From Betaproteobacteria bacterium (GTDB lineage: Bacteria; Pseudomonadota; Gammaproteobacteria; Burkholderiales; SG8-41), in contig VGID01000009.1 of the NCBI GenBank assembly GCA_016868035.1, positions 23,881 to 87,880 on the forward strand: a stretch of DNA of 64,000 nt, in the 5' to 3' direction. Numbering within the stretch: the stretch's first letter is position 1; the number at the start of each line of letters is the position of its first letter. Of this stretch, positions 57,167-64,000 are shown one piece after another. The notes beneath the pieces were generated by a model, which was not told where the DNA came from, did not search any database, and was given only the letters and a program-made list of their open reading frames with translations. The translations under genes were made by a program, and so were the position numbers.

Positions 57167-57718
57167 ATGAACCCCGTGCTTATCCGCGGCTTCATACTCG
57201 CCGCCGAAATCCTCACCTTCCTCGTCGTTACCGTCGCGGGCGCGAACTTCATTTCCCACGCCGCGGCCGAGCATTTCGGCGAATCGGATCCGCCGGGCCA
57301 GGAATTCCCGGTCCTCGTATTCGAGGGCGACCGCGGCCGGCCGGAGGAGAAGCAATACTCGGTGATAACCTGGAACGAGTGGCAGAGCGCCGCCGGCAGG
57401 CGTCCGAACGCAAGCCTGCTCGCGCCCGAGCGCAGCCGCAGCCTGCAGCTCGCCGACGGCGCGCGTGCGAAATTCACCGTGGTCGAGAGCGGAGACACGC
57501 AGCAGACGATCGAGCTCAATTGGGCGAGCGGGGAGCGCGAGCAGGTCGCGATCTACACCGCGCGCTCGCGCGAAATCACGCCGCGCTACCTGCGCAAGAG
57601 CGGCACGAATACGTTCCTACTCGCCGCGCTGCTCGGATTTTTCACCGGAATGATGACGGGCAAGGCGCTGCGCCGCAGTCTGCTTCCGCCGCGCGGACCG
57701 TACCTGCCGCCGAAATAA
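57167..57718 (+). CDS. hypothetical membrane protein (N- and C-terminal TM helices)
   Basis: 183-aa ORF; no family recognised. Confidence 0.45.
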   Translation: MNPVLIRGFILAAEILTFLVVTVAGANFISHAAAEHFGESDPPGQEFPVLVFEGDRGRPEEKQYSVITWNEWQSAAGRRPNASLLAPERSRSLQLADGARAKFTVVESGDTQQTIELNWASGEREQVAIYTARSREITPRYLRKSGTNTFLLAALLGFFTGMMTGKALRRSLLPPRGPYLPPK

Positions 57719-57926
57719 TGGTGAGCAGTAGGAAGTACGCGGGGAACCGTAACGGCCTCCAGCGGACGTCCCCCTCGCCCGGTAGCGCCTGGCCCCTGGC
57801 GCGTACCACTCACCGCTCGCACGTGTTTGATTCATATGTATATTTCCAGACCCTCTGGTCCGGGGAAAGCGTTAGGTAGAATCTCGGCTGGCCTTGCCAG
57901 CGGGCACTTGCCCGAGAATCGCATCC

Positions 57927-58493
57927 ATGCCAGCGCGCAAAGGAATCATCTGCCTCGAAGGGCCGTGGTCGCGCGACCTGCGCAGCCCGGACTCGGTGCG
58001 CTCGATGGTGCAGTTCCTGGCGGAGAACGGCCCCTACGAGCTGATCTACCGCCAGGTCGCCAGCGCGGCCGATCTGCGCCTGCTGCTGCGCACGCTGCGC
58101 CGCTCGGCGTATCACCGGTTCCGCGTCCTCTACTTCGCGTTCCACGGCGATCCCGGCGTCATCAAGTTCGGGAGCTACGACATGCCCCTGCGCGCGGTGG
58201 CCGCGGCGATGGGCGGCTCCTGGCGCGGCCGCGATGTGATTTTCGGGACGTGCGAAACGCTCCAGGCCACGCCCGCGACCCTGCGCACATTCATGAAATC
58301 CACGCGCGCGAGGAGCATCTCAGGCTACGTGAAGGAGCCGGACTTCATCGAGGCCACCGCGCTCGATCTGCTCGTCATGCGGCTGCTGCTGCGCGGTCTC
58401 AGTCCGAGCCGCGTCAGGGCCGAGCTGATGCGCGTGTGCCCGGGGCTCGTCGCAGATTACGGGTTTCAGATCCACAACGCGCGGGGCGCCTGA
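57927..58493 (+). CDS. hypothetical alpha/beta protein with caspase/CHAT-like His...Cys signature
   Basis: 188 aa with alternating predicted strands and helices; YFAFHGDPG and VIFGTCETL follow hydrophobic strands. Confidence 0.45.
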   Translation: MPARKGIICLEGPWSRDLRSPDSVRSMVQFLAENGPYELIYRQVASAADLRLLLRTLRRSAYHRFRVLYFAFHGDPGVIKFGSYDMPLRAVAAAMGGSWRGRDVIFGTCETLQATPATLRTFMKSTRARSISGYVKEPDFIEATALDLLVMRLLLRGLSPSRVRAELMRVCPGLVADYGFQIHNARGA

Positions 58494-58546
58494 CGCGCCC
58501 GCACGCCTCGCCGCGCAAGCAGCGTGTCGCGCGCACGGAGGTCCCG

Positions 58547-58945
58547 GTGGAGCACGAAAAGGCACTCGCGGAACTGCGTCTGATCTGGGTCGCGCTCATC
58601 GCGGTGATACCCGTCGCGCCGATTGCCGTCGTGTTCGCGCTCGCATCCGCGCCCGCGCCCGCCCCTGCCCCGTGGAGCGATTGGCTGCTCTGGGTCGCGG
58701 TGCTGAGCTCGGCGGCTTCGTGGCCGCAGATCACGCGTTTCCGAAGGCTGCGGGAGCGGACCCCGAGATCGCTGGAAAACCTCGCTCGGCTGCGGCAGAC
58801 CCTGCTCATCGGCGTCGGGCTCGCCGAGCTGCCCGTGATGCTGGGCATCTTGCATTACGCGCTGACGAAGGACCTCCAGGTCCTCGCCGGGTTGGTCGCG
58901 TTGAGCATGCTGCTCGCGTTTGCATTCCGGCCGCCGAAAGCCTGA
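58547..58945 (+). CDS. hypothetical membrane protein
   Basis: GTG start after GGAGG; ~132 aa with 4 hydrophobic segments. Confidence 0.4.
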   Translation: MEHEKALAELRLIWVALIAVIPVAPIAVVFALASAPAPAPAPWSDWLLWVAVLSSAASWPQITRFRRLRERTPRSLENLARLRQTLLIGVGLAELPVMLGILHYALTKDLQVLAGLVALSMLLAFAFRPPKA

Positions 58946-59066
58946 TCGCATGCGCGCCGCGTGCACGCTTCGGCTATAATCCGCCCTTCCTTTTTTCCAC
59001 CCGCACCCGCACTTCGCCGTCCAGGGCCTCGCGGCGGCGACCCGAGGCCCGGAACAAGCGAAATTT

Positions 59067-59294
59067 CTTAGGACCGGTAACAAAATCAAGAAGTATTAAC
59101 CGCAGATAAACGCCGATACACGCCGATGAAAAACAGGAAAATGGACAGGATTTTCAGGATTAACGAGATTCGATCGAGGGCTTTGATCTCGTAAATCTTG
59201 TTAATCCTGTCTGTTTTGGTTTGATCTTATCCGCGTCCATCTGCGTTCATCGGCGGTTTCAAGCCTTTTGGGTCTTTTTAATACGAGCTCTTAG
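59067..59294. repeat. ~230-bp modular intergenic element, copy 3 (ACAGGATT-type core)
   Basis: Aligns end to end with copy 1. Has 10-bp phased units cgcagataaa/cgccgataca/cgccgatgaa, with the complementary set on the right arm. Confidence 0.6.
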
Positions 59295-59307
59295 ACGGGA
59301 ACTTTAC

Positions 59308-60549
59308 ATGCACCTGATCCGACCCTTCGCCGGCCTGCGCCCCGCTTCCGGCCGCGCCGCCGAAGTCATCGCACCCCCTTACGATGTGCTCTCCACCGAG
59401 GAGGCACGCGCGCGCGCCGCCGGAAGACCGTGGAGTTTCCTGCACATCTCCAAGCCGGAGATCGACCTGCCGGCGGGCACCGACCCGCACGCGCCCGAAG
59501 TCTATGCCAGGGCCGCCGAAAACCTCCGCCGCATGACGCGTGAGGACGTGCTCGCCAGCGACCCGGCGCCGAGCTACTACGTCTACCGCCTGGTCATGGG
59601 CGCGCACACGCAGACCGGCCTGGTGGCGGCGGCCTCGCTCGCGGACTACGACACCAACCGCATCCGCAAACACGAGCACACGCAGACGGACAAGGAAAAC
59701 GACCGCGTGCGCCAGATCGACGCACTGAATGCCCAGACCGGACCGGTGATTGTCGCTTATCCGCACGCGCCGGGGATAGACGAAATCCTGGCCGGCTGCT
59801 CGGCCGGAGCACCCGACGCGGACGCCACCGCCGACGATGGCGTCCGCCACTCCCTGTGGGTGGTGCGCGACGCCCAGATCCACGGGCGACTGACCCGGGC
59901 CTTCGATGCGTTGCCCGCCCTCTACATCGCCGACGGGCACCACCGCACGGCGGCTGCCTCGCGCGTCGCCGCTGCACGCCGCAAGGGCAATCCGCGCCAC
60001 ACCGGAGAGGAAAGCTACAACTATTTCCTCGCGGTGATCTTCCCTCACCACCAGATGCAGATACTCGACTACAACCGTGTCGTCGCCGACCTGAACGGCA
60101 TGGACGCCGGAGCTTTCCTGGCGCGCGTGGGAGAGAGATTTTCAGTGGAGAAGAGCCCCAAGCCGGTGAAGCCGGCGAAGCCGGCCGAACTCGGCCTGTA
60201 TCTGCCAGGCCAGTGGTATCGCCTGGCGCTGCACCGGGAGCGGATTCCCGCCAGCGATCCCCTGGCTCGCCTCGACGTGAGGTTGCTATCCGACCACTTG
60301 CTCGGGCCGGTTCTGGGCATCAAGGACTTGCGCCGCGACAAGCGGATCGACTATGTCGGCGGCATCCGCGGCCTGACGGAGCTGGAGAAGCGCGTCAACG
60401 GCGGCGGGATGGCCGCCGCATTCGCACTTTATCCCACGCGCATGGAAGACTTGATGGCGGTCGCCGAAGCGGGCGACGTCATGCCGACGAAGTCCACCTG
60501 GTTCGAACCCAAGCTGGCGGACGGGCTCGTGTCGCACGTGCTGGATTGA
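59308..60549 (+). CDS. DUF1015 domain-containing protein
   Basis: MHLIRPFAGLRPASGRAAEVIAPPYDVLSTEEAR N-terminus characteristic of DUF1015. Confidence 0.8.
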   Translation: MHLIRPFAGLRPASGRAAEVIAPPYDVLSTEEARARAAGRPWSFLHISKPEIDLPAGTDPHAPEVYARAAENLRRMTREDVLASDPAPSYYVYRLVMGAHTQTGLVAAASLADYDTNRIRKHEHTQTDKENDRVRQIDALNAQTGPVIVAYPHAPGIDEILAGCSAGAPDADATADDGVRHSLWVVRDAQIHGRLTRAFDALPALYIADGHHRTAAASRVAAARRKGNPRHTGEESYNYFLAVIFPHHQMQILDYNRVVADLNGMDAGAFLARVGERFSVEKSPKPVKPAKPAELGLYLPGQWYRLALHRERIPASDPLARLDVRLLSDHLLGPVLGIKDLRRDKRIDYVGGIRGLTELEKRVNGGGMAAAFALYPTRMEDLMAVAEAGDVMPTKSTWFEPKLADGLVSHVLD

Positions 60550-60620
60550 GCCCGGAAAACCGCGGCTCGCTTCATCCGGGTTGAATTGCCGCTGGCGGCG
60601 CGCGACGAGCCCGCGCCCGC

Positions 60621-61559
60621 TCACGTGCGGACGACGTTCGTCGCGCGGCCGGCGAGGAAGTTCTCCACGTTCTCCACCGTGCGCAGCAGGCCATCGCGCC
60701 GCACCTCCGGAGTCTGCCCGGCGTTGTGCGGGGAAAGCACCACGTTCGCCAGGCCGCGCAACGGGTCGTTCTCCGCGAGCGGCTCGTCGTGGAAGACGTC
60801 GAGGCCGGCGCCCGCGATGCGCTCCTCGGAGAGCACGGCGAGCAGTGCGGAGCGCTCGACGAGCGCCCCGCGGCCGGTATTGACGAGGATCGCCGCGGGC
60901 TTCATCAGCGCGAACTCCGCCGCGCCGATGAAGTCCCGGGTTTCGGGCGTAAGCCGCAGGTTGAGCGAGACCACGTCGGCGCGGCACAGGAGTTCCTGCT
61001 TCGCTCCCGCGCCGGCTGCGCCCGCCTGGCCACGCGCGCTCCACGTCAGCACCTCCATGCCGAGCGCGCGGCCGAGCGCGGCCACGCGCGCGCCGATGTG
61101 CCCGGTGCCGAACACGCCGAGCGTCTTGCCGTAGAGCTGGGTGAGCATCTCGCGCGGCCAGTCGCCTTTGCGCATCCTGCGGTCGATGGCGGGAATCTTG
61201 CGCGCGACCGCAAGCATGAGCGCGATCGCGTGCTCGGCCACAGCATATGCGTTGGCGCCGGGAATGTTGCACACCGTGACCCCGCGCCGCGCCGCGGCCG
61301 CGAGATCGATATTGTCGGTGCCGGTGCCCCATACCGAGATCATTTCGAGCCGCGGGCACGCGCACAGCGCCGCGTCCGTGAAGCGGGCGTGCGCGCGGAT
61401 GTTGATCGCGACGCGCGCCTGCCCGATGCGGCGGGCGAGCTCGGATTCGTCGTCCGCGCCGCGCTCCGTGTACACGCGCACCTCTCCGAGCGCCCTCGCG
61501 CGCTCGTGCGCGGCCGAGCCCTCGAACACCGACGGAAAATCGTCCGGAACTACGATCAC
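60621..61559 (-). CDS. D-2-hydroxyacid dehydrogenase family protein (PGDH-like)
   Basis: GVFGTGHIGARVA NAD motif and C-terminal SPHNAG; GTG start chosen so that the CDS excludes the upstream repeat. Confidence 0.85.
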   Translation of the reverse strand: MIVVPDDFPSVFEGSAAHERARALGEVRVYTERGADDESELARRIGQARVAINIRAHARFTDAALCACPRLEMISVWGTGTDNIDLAAAARRGVTVCNIPGANAYAVAEHAIALMLAVARKIPAIDRRMRKGDWPREMLTQLYGKTLGVFGTGHIGARVAALGRALGMEVLTWSARGQAGAAGAGAKQELLCRADVVSLNLRLTPETRDFIGAAEFALMKPAAILVNTGRGALVERSALLAVLSEERIAGAGLDVFHDEPLAENDPLRGLANVVLSPHNAGQTPEVRRDGLLRTVENVENFLAGRATNVVRT

Positions 61560-61564
61560 GGGAA

Positions 61565-61707
61565 GGCGGTACGCAGTAAGCAGTGAGCGGTCAGCAGCAG
61601 CTTCACAAGAATCATAGCAAAACCACCTCAACGGCCCGCCTCGGATTGGCGAGCACCTCATCCAGGTCGAACAGGGATTTTACCGCTTACCGCTTACCGC
61701 TCACGGC
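61565..61707. repeat. GTAAGCG/CGCTTAC heptad inverted-repeat element
   Basis: Left arm ggtacgcagtaagcagtgagcgg; right arm ttaccgcttaccgcttaccgctcac; ~85-nt interior; arms resemble the core of copy 2 at 20530-20625. Confidence 0.6.
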
Positions 61708-61742
61708 TAACCAGCCTGGTAGAGCGGCATCACGCGGGCCGA

Positions 61743-61841
61743 CTAGTCCTGCAGGGCGCGTGCGCGGTCCTCGGGCGAGGGATGCGTCGAGAGGAATTGC
61801 GGCATCCTGCCCCCGTCCGCCTGCGCCATCTACTGCCACGG
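61743..61841 (-). pseudogene. C-terminal remnant of an M48 family metallopeptidase gene
   Basis: The minus strand reads ..SPWQ*MAQADGGRMPQFLSTHPSPEDRARALQD*. FLSTHPS..(D/E)R is the typical M48 C-terminal motif. There is an in-frame TAG and no upstream body. Confidence 0.4.
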
Positions 61842-61957
61842 GCTAATTGTTAATCCAGCGGAGACCGTCTCGCAGCGCCGCACCGCTTCCGCGTCCAGCT
61901 CTAGACATTCATCATGATATCGTTAACGATTTGCGGTCGAATCCGAGAAACTGTCAA

Positions 61958-63865
61958 GTCGGAGTAGGAATGGCCATTGCTGATCACCCCCTCCACAGAT
62001 CCGGACGTGCGGCTTTCCCGCATCCGGCTCTTGCCTCAGGGGATGACGCCAAGGCGGCGGAGAGGATAGGGATGACAGAGGCGGACCGGAGGAAGCCAGA
62101 GCTCGAGCAGGCGGTACATACGCTCCCAGCCCGGACGACCTTTGTGGCTGCGCCGGCACAGCGCGCGATACCACAGCCACCCGATGCGGAAGCGAAACAG
62201 CCGCAACGCCGGGCCGTTCATGGGCACCCCGTAGTAGGCAAAGTGTCCACGCACGACTGCACCCAACCACTGTCCCACCGTCGGAATGGGCTCATGCAGG
62301 CGTCGGCGCAGTTCGGTTTTCACCTCAGCGAGCTTCGCCTGCAAGCGCTTGCGCATCGTCTGCCGCAGGACCGTGAAACGGCCATTGCTTCGCTTGGTCG
62401 CGCAGATGTGCGTGAAGCCAAGGAAGTTGAACGTCTCAGGCTTGCCCAAGCCGGCCTTCGTGCGGCGTTTGGCCGCATAGGGACCAAACTCCAGCAGCCG
62501 GGTCTTTTCGGGATGCAGCTCCAAGCTGAACTTGGCCAATCGCTCGGCCAGCTCGGCACGAAACCGCTCGGCATCGGACTTCACCCGGAATCCGAGCACG
62601 ATGTCGTCGGCGTAGCGCACGACGATCATCTCGCCGCGCGCATGCTTGCGACGCCACGCCCGCACCCACAGGTCAAACGCGTAGTGAAGGTAGATATTGG
62701 CCAGAAGCGGCGATGCGCTGCCGCCCTGCGGCGTACCTTCCTCCACGCGCGTGCGCTTGCCACCCTCCAGCACACCGGCGTTCAGCCACTTCTGGATGAG
62801 CCGCACGATGCGCCGATCCGCAATGCGATGCTCGATGAACTTCACCAGCCATCCGTGATCGATCGAATCGAAGAAACCACGGATGTCCACATCGAGCACC
62901 CAGTTCACCGGTCTCGTGAGCAGTCCCGCGTAGAGCGCGTCCAAGCAATCGTGCTGGCTGCGTCCGGGGCGAAACCCATACGAGAACCCGAGGAAGTCCG
63001 TTTCGTAGATGGCGTTCAACACCTCGACGGCGGCGCGCTGGACGATCTTGTCCTCCAGCGCGGTAACGCCCAGCGGGCGCTGCCCGCCACCGTCTTTGGC
63101 GATGTAGACCCTGCGAACGGGCTTGGCCCGGTACGCACCGCGCTTCAAGCGCGCAGCGAGATTCTGGAGGTGCTCTTCCAGCGCCTCGCCGTACCGCCAC
63201 CACGTCTGCCCGTCCACGCCCGGGGCGGCTTCCTTCTTGAGACTGAAGTAAGCCTCCCGCAGTGTGTCGAGGCTGTAGACATGGTGCAGCAGTGCGGTGA
63301 ACCGCATCGTCCTATCTTTCTTTGCTGCCTGACGCACCCGCTCGAGCGCACTGCGCACGCTCACCCGGCTTTGCATCCGGAGCGCGTTTTGCTCGCTCAG
63401 GTTCCCTTTGGCCAGACCCCTTCCCTCCATCCCCTCCGCCGCCGGTCGCCCGGCATTGTCCGGAGACTTCTGCGGTACTGCGGGTCTGTCCGACTTCCCC
63501 TGTCCGTTCATCATCGGCGTACGTCCTTGGACTTCCCGATGCGGCCCGCTGCTCTGGGCAGACAAGGGACCTCCCGGCTCCCGCGCAAGGTGTTTCCATG
63601 CGTGCACGGGGTCTTTGACCGCGCAGGGTCCGTCCGTCTCTCGCGATATCGAGACAGCCGGTGTTGCCTTCCGCTTCTCCTTACAGCGTCGGCACCCCGA
63701 AGGGAGTTGCTTTCGCGGCTGAATACCCAGCCCGCACGTACCCCTGTCAACGCTTCGGCGCCGCCCTCGCGAGCGGCTCCGCATGACTCAGGGCCGGTGT
63801 GGGTCGCTACACCTTCACCGTATGACTCTTTCATTCACAACATCTCGCCGGTTTAGCCGGCGCAC
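61958..63865 (-). mobile_element. group II intron (~1.9 kb) with intron-encoded protein
   Basis: 5' end GTGCGCC.. on the minus strand at 63865. Domain V GAGCCGGATGCGGGAAAGCCGCACGTCCGG is at ~61999-62030. A domain VI-like hairpin with a bulged A precedes ..GAC at ~61958 (3' boundary approximate). Confidence 0.85.
62036..63514 (-). CDS. group II intron reverse transcriptase/maturase (no endonuclease domain evident)
   Basis: RT motifs including RYADDIVLGF (YADD) and the X/maturase region FLGFTH; start at MMNGQGKSDRP. Confidence 0.9.
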   Translation of the reverse strand: MMNGQGKSDRPAVPQKSPDNAGRPAAEGMEGRGLAKGNLSEQNALRMQSRVSVRSALERVRQAAKKDRTMRFTALLHHVYSLDTLREAYFSLKKEAAPGVDGQTWWRYGEALEEHLQNLAARLKRGAYRAKPVRRVYIAKDGGGQRPLGVTALEDKIVQRAAVEVLNAIYETDFLGFSYGFRPGRSQHDCLDALYAGLLTRPVNWVLDVDIRGFFDSIDHGWLVKFIEHRIADRRIVRLIQKWLNAGVLEGGKRTRVEEGTPQGGSASPLLANIYLHYAFDLWVRAWRRKHARGEMIVVRYADDIVLGFRVKSDAERFRAELAERLAKFSLELHPEKTRLLEFGPYAAKRRTKAGLGKPETFNFLGFTHICATKRSNGRFTVLRQTMRKRLQAKLAEVKTELRRRLHEPIPTVGQWLGAVVRGHFAYYGVPMNGPALRLFRFRIGWLWYRALCRRSHKGRPGWERMYRLLELWLPPVRLCHPYPLRRLGVIP

Positions 63866-63879
63866 AAGGAGAAGAACCG

Positions 63880-64000
63880 ATGCCTGGGATTACGGAAAAA
63901 CGCCTTGCGGACCTTGACATCAGCCTGCCAGCGCCGGCTCCATCGGAGGGCAATTACATCCCGACGGTAACCGTCGGTTCACTGGTCTTCGTGGCCGGCC
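63880..64000 (+). CDS. RidA/YjgF family protein (5' partial, continues beyond the window)
   Basis: AAGGAG SD then ATG; MPGITEKRLADLDISLPAPAPSEGNYIPTVTVGSLVFVAG resembles RidA-family N-termini. Confidence 0.7.
   Translation, partial: MPGITEKRLADLDISLPAPAPSEGNYIPTVTVGSLVFVAG

Noticed and set aside
62036-63514. The reverse transcriptase could belong to a retron or a diversity-generating retroelement
   Set aside because: It is embedded between a GTGCG 5' end and a canonical domain V/VI and has an X/maturase domain. No template/variable repeat pair or msr/msd-like structure was seen. This is a group II intron IEP.

Overview
GC-rich chromosomal segment. From its gene families it looks betaproteobacterial (Burkholderiales-like); that is inference, with no rRNA or tRNA in the window to confirm it. 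About 55 protein-coding genes are supported. Housekeeping genes include hisG, gshA, gor, mfd, ppc and an FKBP isomerase. They are interleaved with catabolic enzymes (SDRs, FAH-family hydrolases, amidohydrolase, a TPP enzyme, an aldo/keto reductase, an MlrC-like peptidase), nirK, tspO and nine orphan Bug/TctC-type periplasmic binding proteins. No CRISPR array or recognisable defence island was found. The most unusual content is non-coding: (i) a dispersed family of ~110-130 bp palindromic elements built from tandem heptanucleotide units (GTTCAAG/CTTGAAC arms plus a CACGAGT tail), with one copy inserted in frame inside mfd; (ii) perfect heptamer microsatellites, (GTTCAAG)11 and (GAGGATT)9; (iii) a second ~110-nt repeat family present in two inverted copies; (iv) three copies of a ~220-250 bp modular element with 10-bp phased sub-repeats; (v) a 266-bp TA-flanked MITE inserted exactly at a Bug gene stop codon, plus a solo end at the equivalent position of another Bug gene. 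Other notable points are a complete ORF-containing group II intron abutting the Shine-Dalgarno of a RidA-family gene, an otherwise intact ppc with one in-frame TAG, a FAH-family gene frameshifted in a (CG)n(CA)n tract, and a 27-codon micro-ORF with an unusually long Shine-Dalgarno and an intrinsic terminator. There is also an uncharacterised FGE-like / GCS2 ligase / M14-like gene trio, followed by three hypothetical genes, one of which carries a caspase/CHAT-like His-Cys signature. All calls come from reading the sequence and the ORF translations by eye. Start codons and repeat boundaries are approximate.
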